Positions 1 to 11,018 of a stretch of 64,000 nt of DNA are shown here, piece after piece. A program made the translations under genes and the position numbers. This DNA is from Eledone cirrhosa. Its lineage: Eukaryota. Where the stretch lies: contig OZ024745.1 in assembly GCA_964016885.1 (NCBI GenBank), forward strand, positions 8,866,001 through 8,930,000, given 5' to 3'. How positions within the stretch are numbered: the first letter of the stretch is position 1; each line of letters opens with the position of its first letter. The notes under the pieces were generated by a model. It made no database searches. It was not told the DNA's origin and saw nothing but the letters and a program-made list of their open reading frames with translations.

Positions 1-630
1 CTTTAATTTGTTCTGTTGCCAGTGATTCCGCCCCAACCCTGGGATTCGAAGTGTTACAATTTACCTCGTTTTCACTGACACATGTTTCATTTTCCCTTCG
101 CTGACTTTGTGCTAATAGCTTGATCTGATCAATTTCTATATCAGTTAGTAGCTTTTTTCTTACAATATTTCTTCGTATATTGACTAGTTTGTTACTGTCA
201 ATATAGCCTCTGTTTTCGGGATGTTTCTTTTTCCAGTTGATATATGTCTGTTCTGTATTCGATGTATTTGATGGGTAGTACATGGCAGTGTAGAAAGCCT
301 CAAGGACTTCTTTATTATCTTCCCTTGACCATTTTCTCTCTTTTTCCTTTGGATTTCTTGGTGGTGAGCATGGAGGGCCAACAGTAGGAGTATTCCGGTT
401 ATGGGAGGTCTCCAGCTCCGAAGTGATGGGAAGGTTTGAACCATTAGCTGATTTTTCGAACCCAGTCTGGTTCCTCTCTGAGGGACGCGGCCCTTTTTTA
501 CCCGGGTGACGGCCGATCCGGTATGAGATTTTATCATTAGACATTTACTTTATTTTGTCGCGTTTTATCCTTATCCGCCAAGGGGTAATCATTTCGTGTT
601 ACCACTTCTAGAACGAGTGTCAACCAAGAC
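1..630 (-). mobile_element. 5' end of a Dong/R4-clade (restriction-like endonuclease) non-LTR retrotransposon; ORF starts at ATG 544 and runs off the window
   Basis: Open minus-strand frame not in the ORF track: MSNDKISYRIG...RKWSREDNKEVLEAFY...WKKKHPENRGYIDSNKLVNIRRNIVRKKLLTDIEIDQIK, resembling the Myb-like N-terminus of R4/Dong ORFs. It begins directly after a (TAA)n tract. Confidence 0.7.

Positions 631-695
<65 letters not shown>
631..695. repeat. (TAA/TTA)n microsatellite between two Dong-like elements
   Basis: Perfect tattattat... run. Confidence 0.97.
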
Positions 696-696
<1 letters not shown>

Positions 697-1767
697 TCTT
701 TGAGTCTCAGTCATTGATGTTAGTTAACCGGAAAGTTTGTTGAAATGAATATCAAGCCACTACCTGCAGCCTCAGATATTCAGGACGTATCGGAGGGTTC
801 TTGGTGTTCCCAGCAAGCATGCCTTTTGAAGCGTTCCAAAAAGCGTGAAGGGGCCAATTTTCTTTAACCATCCCTGGAAACCTTTTGAGATAGTCCCTAG
901 TGCGCCTATGACAATCGGGATCACTTTGACTTCATGGCAGTTCCAAATCCTTTTTACCTCCCACTTTAAGTCCTGGTATCGGTTAATTTTCTCCCTCTCC
1001 TTCTCTCGCACTCTCGTGTCGAATGGGCAGGCCACATCCACAATCAGGCACGATCTTTTTTCTTTGTCCACAACCACCGGGTCAGGTCTATTGTGTTCCA
1101 GTTTCTTGGCCGTCTGTATCCTAAAATCCCACAGCACCTTCACCTGATCGTTTTCTATCACCGACTCTGGCTTATGCTCATACCACTTCTCAGAATGTGG
1201 TAAATTGTTTACTTTGCATAGGTGCCAGTGGATCACCCTGCCCATCACATCATGTCTCCAGCCCTTATAGTGAGTCTGGGCTAGGTGTTTACACTCGGAT
1301 ACAATGTGAGCCACAGTCTCCTCTCTCTCTCTCTCCACAGATCCTGCACAGTGGGCTAGCCTCCTCCTTGTAAATATGGTGTTTCAACCACTTCGTTTTG
1401 AGGGCCTGCTCCTGTGCAGCCATTAACATTCCTTCTGTAGCCTTTTTAAGGTCTCCTCTTTTCAACCAGTTCCATGTCTGTGGATCTCTAAATTCAGTTT
1501 TCTCAAAGAAGGTACTATGAAGGGATTTTTCCTGAAGGCTGCTCTTTCTCCTTGATGTTATTTCCTCCTTGGACATCCCCTGGCCTATTGTCCCCTCCTT
1601 CAGTACAGTTCTGAGCATTGGCTCCTTACTATCAGTCACGTATTTGTGTAGGTTGTTTTTCTCCATCTGAACACAGTCCTCTATGCTGATAAGACCTCTT
1701 CCACCCTCAGATCTCCTTAAGTAGAGTCTATCGACATCACTCCTCTTGTGGAACATGTTGTAGATAG
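696..1767 (-). mobile_element. 5'-truncated Dong/R4-like retrotransposon (post-RT region, CCHC finger, restriction-like endonuclease), frameshifted
   Basis: ORFs 1289-1795 and 772-1338 give RLYLRRSEGGRGL, AAQEQAL, CRICGE..ETVAHIVSEC, RHD, LWDFRIQT..RPD..IVDVACPFD..EK..RYQDL, PIVIGALG. Frameshift at a (CT)n run; (TAA)n on both sides. Confidence 0.9.
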
Positions 1768-2001
1768 TATTATTATTATTATTATTGAATGCCATGGTTG
1801 ACGGAGGCTCGGCTCTGTAAGGTATAGTAATTTTTAACCGTTAAAACAATTGTAAATTGTTTAAAACTTGAACCAAATTGTTGATAAAGACACCCTCCTC
1901 CTCGTGAGAAGGGTCTTTCTGTCCGTTATTTGGCCCTTCGGGGTTAAATAACCAGTTATTGGGGTTTTGTACCCAAAATTTCATTTTAAACAAAAAACAA
2001 C

Positions 2002-4098
2002 ATGGCTACGAAAAAGAAATTTCATACGTCACTCCCACTCATTCCGTCTTCTTCTTCCTCAATCATCACTACAGCAGAGAGAAGATTGTCTCTCTCCCTC
2101 CCTTCTTTAAATGTGTCTCTCTCCCTCCCTTCTCTTTCGCAAGCGACGAAAGAAAAGAAAAGTCTCGTGCAAAGCGTGCAAGGTTTCTCCACGACGACGA
2201 CGACAGCGACGAAACAGGTGTGCGGGAAATACGAAAACCCAGTTCATTCGTCTGACGTCAGGAATAATAGCAGTAGCAGCCGTAATAACAACAGCAACAG
2301 TGACAATGAAAACAACAGTAGCAGCCGCAACAGCATCACCAGCAGCATAAACAACAACAGCATTAGCAGCAGCAACACCAACAACAACCACAGCAACAGC
2401 GGCGGAGGCAGTAGTCGTAGTACCTGCAGCAACAACAAAAGTACCAGCAGCTCTGACGACAACAACAACAGCAGAGAAAAACCAATCTCATTTGCAGGTA
2501 TTGCGAAAAACTTGGAAACAATCCTCATAACAAATGAGGAATTAGAGGAAGCGAAGAAGATGGTGACAAAGAACGGACACCGAGCAATCTGCAAGGCAGC
2601 GGAAAAATTTTTCGAAACCCAAGAGCACTGTACGGTCACGTACCGTACAGTAAGTACAAAATCCCGTAGGGTGGAAAGAGCCACAGAGGCCCAAATACAA
2701 AAAGCCTTGGGGTCTGTGTGGCAGCGGAAAACGCACATCACCCGAGGCAAAAAATATGCCACCGTAGACGTACTTTTTGCCACACCCCAGGAGGCAAAGG
2801 CCCAATCAGTAGTGACCCTAAGGAGCGAGGAAATGGTGTTGGTGCCCTCCTACTGTGGGCAAAAAATTGTGAGGGTCAAACTGACCCACGTCTCCCCCGG
2901 AATGACCCCTTCTTGGCTGGCCGCGTCTGTCCTCGTCGGAATCGAGGACAAAACAACTGTACTGCAAGTACAGAAAAAAGTAAGAGAAGATTGGGTCGGC
3001 TCCTCCATTGAGATGCTAATCCAAACCAACCAGGAGTGCATCGAAGCTATCCCGGATGTGATAGACTTCGATAACGGCACTCAACTGCCCATAAGTGTTG
3101 AGGGCAAACGCCCGAAATGCTTTCGCTGTGGATCGAAGACTCACCTCAGGGCCTTCTGCAACGAGAAGACCCTGAGAAAGGAGAAAACCCCCCTCCTTCC
3201 GAATCCGGCTCCACGGCTACCAGCAACAGGACAAGCGGCAACCAGGAACGATAGGCCCGTGGCACCCATACCCACTCCACGGAAATCAAAAACAGCAGCA
3301 GCAGTGGAAATACTAACAACAACAACAGCAATACCAAATGCAGCTGCAACAGAGACTCCAGTGCAAACATCACCAACAACAACAAGTGAAAGAGTGGAGC
3401 TGGTACCCCTCCCCGACCTCACAGAATCAGACATGGAGTGTGAGGTGGGAGAGAGATGGCAAAAGGTCGTAAGAAGGCACAAACGCAGAAGCAGCGCATC
3501 GTCGCCTTTGAAAAGGGAGGAAAGAAATGAGAAAAGGGTAAAGTCTACTGCAAAGAGAACCACAGCAGCAACAACACCAACACCATCACCACCCACACTA
3601 GCGCCACCATCACCACCGGCGACAACCCCACCGCCAACAACACCTTCAACACCACCACCACAAGCACCAACATCGCAAACACAACAACAAAACACACACA
3701 CCCAGCAACAACGACAAGAAAATAGCAGAACCACACCCCACCCCCAGAAAAACAAATGCACGGCAATAAATACACACAACAAGAAACTAATGACTTACAT
3801 AATTGAACACACAGACATTTCACAACAGGACTACATAATACCAGCACCAATCAAAACGCCAACTAACATAAGACTGCTAAAAATAGCACAGAAACAATAC
3901 ACAAATATTAAAACGAAATTCCCCAACGCAGTTGGTGATTTCAGGGACCTAGGAGGAACCATCAATCGAAGAGTATACTCAGACATTCTCTTAGAAGAGC
4001 CGACGACCAGCCGAAGGGACGATTCAACGGTCCCTTCACCAGACGATCAAGTGAAAAGGGATGTAAAAACCATCCCTCCTCTACCAAAAGTACGGTAA
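2002..4098 (+). CDS. LINE ORF1 gag-like protein with CCHC zinc knuckle
   Basis: 698-aa ORF with CFRCGSKTHLRAFC (CX2CX4HX4C) and S/N- and P/T-rich low-complexity tracts, ending 35 nt before ORF2. Confidence 0.85.
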   Translation: MATKKKFHTSLPLIPSSSSSIITTAERRLSLSLPSLNVSLSLPSLSQATKEKKSLVQSVQGFSTTTTTATKQVCGKYENPVHSSDVRNNSSSSRNNNSNSDNENNSSSRNSITSSINNNSISSSNTNNNHSNSGGGSSRSTCSNNKSTSSSDDNNNSREKPISFAGIAKNLETILITNEELEEAKKMVTKNGHRAICKAAEKFFETQEHCTVTYRTVSTKSRRVERATEAQIQKALGSVWQRKTHITRGKKYATVDVLFATPQEAKAQSVVTLRSEEMVLVPSYCGQKIVRVKLTHVSPGMTPSWLAASVLVGIEDKTTVLQVQKKVREDWVGSSIEMLIQTNQECIEAIPDVIDFDNGTQLPISVEGKRPKCFRCGSKTHLRAFCNEKTLRKEKTPLLPNPAPRLPATGQAATRNDRPVAPIPTPRKSKTAAAVEILTTTTAIPNAAATETPVQTSPTTTSERVELVPLPDLTESDMECEVGERWQKVVRRHKRRSSASSPLKREERNEKRVKSTAKRTTAATTPTPSPPTLAPPSPPATTPPPTTPSTPPPQAPTSQTQQQNTHTQQQRQENSRTTPHPQKNKCTAINTHNKKLMTYIIEHTDISQQDYIIPAPIKTPTNIRLLKIAQKQYTNIKTKFPNAVGDFRDLGGTINRRVYSDILLEEPTTSRRDDSTVPSPDDQVKRDVKTIPPLPKVR

Positions 4099-4133
4099 GT
4101 GGTCTTTCCCATCTTTTCCACTCTATTTTAAAC

Positions 4134-7100
4134 ATGACCTCACTCAGAATAGGCAGCATAAATGCGCGTGGCTTGGGGTCGTCATGGAAGCAGGGTCACC
4201 TGCTCAACGACCTCAGGTCACTAAACATAGATGTAGTGGCCATCAGCGAGACCAGAATCTCCGAAGCACGGGCCTTCGCACCGATCTTCGGCGGCTACGA
4301 TGTGTACGCATCTCCCAGCCGTCCTGGATCCGGTGGAGGAGTTGCTGTACTTTTTCGGAGAGGTTTGGATCTCGCCATACGGGCCATCTTCCTGGACCCA
4401 GAGGGTAAGCTGGTGGTGCTGGACGTGACCAGCGGAGACGGGCAAGCTTTCAGGCTAGTGGCCGTCTATGCCCCGACAGGAGCAGGGCGGCCTGATTTCT
4501 TCCGGCGTCTGGAGACCTTTCTTGGAACGTCCCGCTCTTTAGTGTTAGTGGGCGACTGGAACGGGATCTTAGATGCACGCTGGGACTGTGTGGGATTAGT
4601 GGATAGGGGTGGAGGGTGCAAGAGCCTCACCAACCTGCTCAGGCGTTTTGAACTGTCTGACAGGTACCGATTGGATTTCCCGAATGTGCCAATGTGGACT
4701 TGGACAAACCGCATAGGGTCATCCAGATCATATCTAGATAGAGTATTTTGTAGGGAAATAGATAGGTCTAGCATAGGCTGTCCACAATTCAAGATAGTCA
4801 GCTACACGGACCACAAATTCGTGATCTGTGTGCTTGACTTAGATAGGCTTCATAGACGAGGACCCGGCTACTGGAAGCTAAACGCGTCCTTACCAGCGCG
4901 CAAGGCCTACAGAGACCGGATTAGCGAACTAGTTAAGCGGGCGTTGACGGGGGCCATCGTCAACAACAAGTGGTGGTTTGCTCTGAAAAGAGCGATTAGA
5001 ATAGAATCGATTAGATTTAGTAAGGCTTTAGCAATAGAGAAAAATAGAGCAGAGGGAGAACTAGTTAGAAAATTAGACGAGGCGCTTAGCAAAGGCATTG
5101 CGACCGACGTGCTTGCGGCGAAATTGGCCCTTGACCAATTCTTCAATGCAAAGCACGAAGGCTGCGTTGTCAGAGCAAGGGTGCGTGCTCTCAGACACGA
5201 GGGGACGAAAGCCGTTCAATGGGCCCGAGTGGCGGAGGCGCGTCGTGGCAACAAAGCCACGATCCGGTCTTTGGTGGACCACGACGGGCGCATGCTACTC
5301 GATCCCGGGCAAATGTGTGAAGCTTTTCAGCGACACTTCGCTCAGCTGTTCGGGGGCAGCGGTGGGCCGGGTAGAGGGATGGACTTTAGTGTCTACCTCG
5401 ACGGACTGCCGCGGCTCTCGGCCACTTAGGCGAAGTGTTGCGAAAAGCCGATAACAGCCGCTGAAGTAAGGGAGGCAATGACTGGCTGCACAAGGGGTAA
5501 ATCGCCTGGTTTGGATGGTCTGCCCTATGAACTTTACGTACAGATGCCAGACTTGTTCGGAGGCCTCTTGGCGGACGTCTACTGCAACTGGCAACAGAAC
5601 GGGAGAATTCCCAGTTCTGTGAGCCGAGGAGCGGTGGCACTGCTGAGAAAGGATCCGAACAAGGGGGATAACATAGACAATTTCCGGCCCATAACTCTGC
5701 TAAACACAGAGTTCAAGATTTTGGCCAAGGTGCTAGCAAAGAGGTTGGCGCTTGTCGTTGGTGGTCTGGTGGGAGAGGCGCAGACATGCGCCATTCCCGA
5801 CAGATCCATCCACGACAACCTCCACCTCATGCGATACATCGTAGAGAGGGTAGCTAGGGAACCTGGCACGGGTGGGTCCTTGATCAATTTAGATCAGTCG
5901 AAAGCTTTCGATAGGGTCGACCATCGTTACCTAGCGGCAGTCCTGAGGGCGGCTGGCTTTGGGCCCGTCTTCAGAGGCTGGATCGCTGCCATGCACAGCG
6001 ACATCTGCTCTGTGGTGAGAGTGAACGGTCACCTGTCGGAACCGTTCAACATCATGAGCTCGGTCCGCCAAGGATGTCCCCTCTCGTTCCTCTTGTACGT
6101 ATTGACTCTCGAGCCATTACTGCACAAACTGGAGACGTTGAGGGGAGTCCCGCGCGAACTAGGATGCGGAAGATCCGTGTCAGCATATGCGGACGATGTC
6201 ACCGTAGTGGTGTCGAACGCCAAACACATCGAGGCGATCGGCACTACACTAAGAGAATACGAAGCGGTGACAGGAGCAATGATCAACCAGGAAAAGTCAG
6301 TGGGCCTGCAGCTCGGCACCTGGAGAGGCAGGTCCATGCCGTCCAACAGCGTCGTCGGGCGCTGGATGGACGGACCGGTTAAATTGCTAGGGGTCTGGTT
6401 CGGTCCGGACCTCCAGACGGACAAAAACTGGGACGAGGTGACGAGCAGGGTGGCTTCTCTCACCCAGAAATGGGCGGAGAGGAAGCTATCCCTGAAAGGT
6501 CGAGCGGAGGTGGCTAACGCGTACATCGCGTCTGTCATCTGCTACCGCCTAACCGTCGTACCTTGTCCTAAGCCTCGCCTGACTGCGCTGGAGCGTTTGC
6601 TCTTTCGCTTTTTGTGGAAGGGACGTGCTCCGATGGTCAGGCGGTCCATCTGTTGTCAACACCCGCTACGTGGAGGGCTGGGCATGCCGTGGCTGATGAT
6701 GCGCAGGCACGCGCTCAGGCTACGACATCTCCACCTCTTCCTCGACGGTGATCAGGTGTGGTCGCCGTTTGCTAGACGCGTTTTTCCCCAGCTCGTTTCC
6801 TTGACGGAGCTGCAGTCCTGGATCAAGCGAAGACCGAGAGGGAGCGCCTGGAGACTGGAATGTCTTCAGGCGCTCACAGCCCTCGACCAATCGGGCAATG
6901 TGATCGGTGGAAACTCCACCTCGGCGTTCTATAGAGGATTAGTGGAGGGGAAGAGCGACGACGTACTTGGGGAAACTCTAGGCGTCGACGAAAATCAACT
7001 AGCCAATCTCTTCGGAAGAACTTTCGGGCCAGGGCCTATGGACAACTTCCAGAAATCTCTGGCCTGGCAGTGCTACCGAGGAGCCTTGCCAGTTCGGGAT

Positions 7101-7553
7101 AAACTCTACAGGCATGGAGGTGCCGTCAGCCGGGCATGTCCGAGATGCGCGCAGGGCGACGAAACCGTCCTGCACGCACTCGTCCAGTGTCCGAAAATTG
7201 CTGACTTGTGGGTTTATGTCGAACACCTGCTGTCGCGTTTAGGACGGATCCAGCTATCATCTGAGTCTATCGTGAGGATTGCCCCGCCCTCCTCCTTTAG
7301 CCGGGAAGGGCAGGCAGTTTTTATCTGTCTGGTGGCCATGGCGAAAGAGATAGTATGGTGGACACGTTTGAAAGGGCTGAAGACGAGCACTTACCTCTTC
7401 GGTGATGCTCTGATTGACTTTTTCAAATTTCATTTGAAAAGGAAAATCAGAGTAGAGAAGGAAGTGCTCTCTTCCCAGCATTTTGTTGAAAGATGGGTGA
7501 GAGAAGCAAGAATGGCCCGAGTGAATGGGCCGACTCTGAGTATATATCTGTAA
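4134..7553 (+). pseudogene. LINE ORF2 (APE endonuclease, reverse transcriptase, zf-RVT-like) interrupted by one in-frame TAG at 5427-5429
   Basis: SINARGL, ISET, VYAP, GDWN, YLDR and TDH (APE); KSPGLDGL, FRPITLLN, DQSKAFDRV, VRQGCPLS and YADD (RT); CPRC..ETVLHALVQC. ORFs 4134 and 5478 are in the same frame. Confidence 0.93.
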
Positions 7554-7813
7554 ACTAAAGGTGGAAAACTGGGAGAGGGCACTTGCCTTGGTGGTCAGGG
7601 TCATTGTGGCTTTTTACTGGGCTTTCTCCACAAATGTCCCTCCGAAGTCTCCCCCCTATTGGGGAATTTTTCATTGTTATTTTCATTGTTATTTTTGTTA
7701 CATCCTCTGTTTTTGTTTTTTTACACGCAGAAATGCCCATTTGTACCGTCCTGCATTGTCCTGCACTGTCCTTAATGTCTACTTTATGTAAACCCTTGTG
7801 GTTAATAAAGAAA

Positions 7814-7814
<1 letters not shown>

Positions 7815-7860
<46 letters not shown>
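7815..7860. repeat. (ATT)n microsatellite at the Tx1 3' end
   Basis: Perfect run. Confidence 0.95.
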
Positions 7861-7862
<2 letters not shown>

Positions 7863-8570
7863 AGAAGAAATGTTAATGGTTGCACAAGAGCAAGCCCTCA
7901 GAACGAAGTGGGTGAAACACCATATTTACAAGGATGAGGCTAGCTCACTGTGTAGGATCTGTGGAGAGAGAGGAGACTGTGGCTCACATTGTATCCGAGT
8001 GTAAACACCTAGCCCAGACTCACTATAAAGGCTGGAGACATGATGTGATGGGCAGGGTGATCCACTGGCATCTATGCAAAGTAAGCAATTTACCACATTC
8101 TGAGAAGTGGTATGAGCATAAGCCAGAGTCGGTGATAGAAAACGATCAAATGAAGGTGCTATGGGATTTCAGGATACAGACTGACCTGGTGGTTTTTGAC
8201 AAGGAAAAAGATCGTGCCTGATTGTAGATGTAGCCTGCCCATTTGACACGAGAGTGCAAGAAAAGGAGAAGGAGAAAATTAACCGATACCAGGACTTAAA
8301 GTGGGAGTTAAAAAGGATTTGGAACTGCCATGAAATCAAGGTCGTCCCGATTGTCATAGGCGCACTAGATACTATCTCAAAGACTTTTCAAGGATGGTGA
8401 AAGAAGATTAGTCCAGCCCCGTTTTTTAGAACACTTCATAAGGCATGCTTGCTGGGAACAGCAAGGACCCTCCGATACGTCCTGAATATCTGAGGCTGCA
8501 GGTAAAGGCTTGATATTCATTTCAACAAACTTTCCAGTTAAATAACATCAATGACTGAGACTCAAAGAAC
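7861..8570 (+). mobile_element. Second 5'-truncated, degenerate Dong/R4-like fragment, inverted relative to 696-1767
   Basis: Highly similar to the reverse complement of about 697-1440 (AQEQALRTKWVKHHIYK, RHDVMGRVIHWHLCK); ends ...gactgagactcaaag followed by (AAT)n. Confidence 0.9.
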
Positions 8571-8691
8571 AATAATAATAACAATAATATTGCACTCTAT
8601 TTAGTCCTACACCGCTATACTTACTGGAAACTACGCATCGAGTGCTCACTCTGGTTAACCTACTGTAACTGCACCTTATAATCTCTCTCTC

Positions 8692-8724
<33 letters not shown>

Positions 8725-9324
8725 ACATAAATGTGTGTGTGTACATACATCTGTGTGTGTGTGAGTGTGTGTGTGTACATACATGTGTGTGTGTACATAC
8801 ATGTGTGTGTGTGTGTGAAATAAGTGCATCCAAACACAAATGACCCTACTAATATTTGATCACTATAGTGATCGACTATTATTTTGCTCATTTACCTTGA
8901 GACACAAACATTTCAAATTTCAAATTTTCCCTCTGACATTTTATCCGACGCTCTACCAATTAGCTACCACTCTCCTAAGCAGGATTTCTAATTTAGACAT
9001 AAGGCCCGCAAATTTTGAGGGAAGGGAAAGTTTATTAATTTTATCTCAGTATTTGACTGGTACTTTATTTTATCGACCCCGGAAGGATGACCTCGGTAAG
9101 ATTTAAACTCTGAATATTAAGAGCCTAAACAAATACCACAATAGTATATTATTCGATGTTCTACCAATTCTACCCCCACCCCCTCTGCTCACCGTAATAT
9201 TACTTCTGGTTTTACGACATTATCAGCAATAACTTCACTACATTGACTGGAACTTATTTTATATTTATCAGAGATATGAAACGAAACGTTAATTTTTCTG
9301 GGGTTAGTGGTAAGAAACTTTTAA

Positions 9325-9820
9325 GAGCGCTGGACAGCAAAAGATCTTCGGAGAAGAAACTCTCAGGAGAGCTGGACAGTAGAAGGTCTTCAGAGAAGAA
9401 ACTGTCAGGAGAGCTGGACAGTAGAATGTCTTCAGAGAAGAAACTCTCAGGAGAGCTGGACAGTAGAATGTCTTCAGAGAAGAAACTCTCAGGAGAGCTG
9501 GACAGTAGAAGGTCTTCAGAGAAGAAACTGTCAGGAGAGCTGGACAACAGAAGGTCTTTAGAGAAGAATCACTCTCAGCAGAGCTGGGTATCAGAAGGTC
9601 TTCAGAGAAGAAACTGTCAGGAGAGCTGGACAGCAGAAGGTCTTTAGAGAAGAAACTGGCAGGAAAGCTGGTCAGTAGAAGGTCTTCAGAGAAGAAACTG
9701 TCAGGAGAGCTGGACAACAGAAGGTCTTCAGAGAAGAAACTGTCGGGAGAGTTGGACAGCAGAAGGTCTTCAGAGAAGAAACTCTCAGGAGAGCTGGACA
9801 GCAGAAGGTCTTCAGAGAAA
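9325..9820. repeat. 42-bp minisatellite, about 12 copies
   Basis: Unit ggagagctggacagcagaaggtcttcagagaagaaactgtca. Confidence 0.92.
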
Positions 9821-10579
9821 AAAGCCACCTCAAGTAAGTGTTTCAGCCCTTAACTTCTTACACTCTAATGAGGGGTTTAGCCTCATCCAGGTCATGACTC
9901 CTGGGTGCCCTTCTGCTGACATTTAGCCATTCGGATATCGGAGACTTGTTGGGTATTTAAACCGTATCGAGATTTTGTTGACAAGATCTAGCTGGAACTC
10001 ATCCTCGTTATAACTCTGAAGACGGATAATGTTTCGTTTCCGTCATGCGATCACTGTTTCTTCTATTGATAATCGATAGTATGACGTTAGCAATTCAATG
10101 TATTTGTCACTTCAATACTTCAAACATTCATTACTAATTACACAAAAAATAAGAAATAAAAACCTCTGACCAATATTTGTACTGGATTACCTTTATATCG
10201 TTTAGTTGTTTATATTAAACTATATTTCCTACAAAACAGTAACAATATTGTTGTTTGTTTCTCTCTATTGCCGCTAGAACAAAAGGATGGTGATGGTCAT
10301 CTAAAACATAACATAATCCGGCTGTTTGCTTGTAAACGAATCAAATATTATTATTATTCGATATAAAACTCACGAATACATTTACGTATCCGCTATGTTA
10401 GAGCGAAAAACCAAATTCTAATTTTGTTTTTAAGTTAAAATGTAACAAACCGTTTACTCTATTGTTGGGAATCGTCGTTATTTTGATTTTTATTCGTTTC
10501 AGTTTCTTGTGTTTAAAAGTCATAAATTATTTTTCAGTCAAACCATAAAACTATAATCAATTATATTATTACGAAGAGT

Positions 10580-10980
10580 TTGGTGGCTTGGAGTAGCAGA
10601 ATCGGTAAAGCGTCAGACAAAATGCTTTGCGATATTTAGTTACTGTTTGTTAAATTCTAAGGTTAGCTTTACCTTTCATCCTCCCGAAATCAATAAAATA
10701 AAGTACTAGTGAAATACTGAGGTCGATTTAATCGACTTTCTCCTCCCACAGCGTTGCCGACTTTGTGTCTTTACTAGAAACGATTATTTCCTTTTTCTGA
10801 GACGTTGATTTGACAATGTCAGCAGAATAGTATTTGTTCTGAGTTCAAATCCTGCAGGGGTCAACATTGCTTCTTACCCTTCGGAAGTCGATAAAATAAA
10901 GTACCAGTTAAGTACTGGAAGCGATTTAATCTACTTTCCCCTCCCCACCTCCAAATTGCTAGCATTGTGTCAATGTAAAC
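10580..10980 (+). mobile_element. Two tandem copies of a tRNA-derived SINE (family A)
   Basis: A-box-like tagcagaatcgg, B-box gagttcaaatcc, body tttcatcc...gataaaataaagtaccag. Confidence 0.75.
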
Positions 10981-11018
10981 TAGTAGATAGAATGTCAGTT
11001 GCTTTAGAACGTCCGACA

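Larger units (their letters stand above)
1787..7814 (+). mobile_element. Near full-length Tx1-like (L1 clade) non-LTR retrotransposon flanked by (ATT)n
   Basis: ORF1 with a zinc knuckle, ORF2 with APE endonuclease, RT and C-terminal Cys motif, 3' UTR with AATAAA near 7804, (ATT)n at both ends. Confidence 0.92.

Noticed and set aside
184-537. 117-aa ORF in the track
   Set aside because: Wrong frame; the meaningful frame starts at 544 and runs off the window
10016-10045. CTGAAGA followed by a hairpin as a hammerhead
   Set aside because: No GAAA or stem III follows
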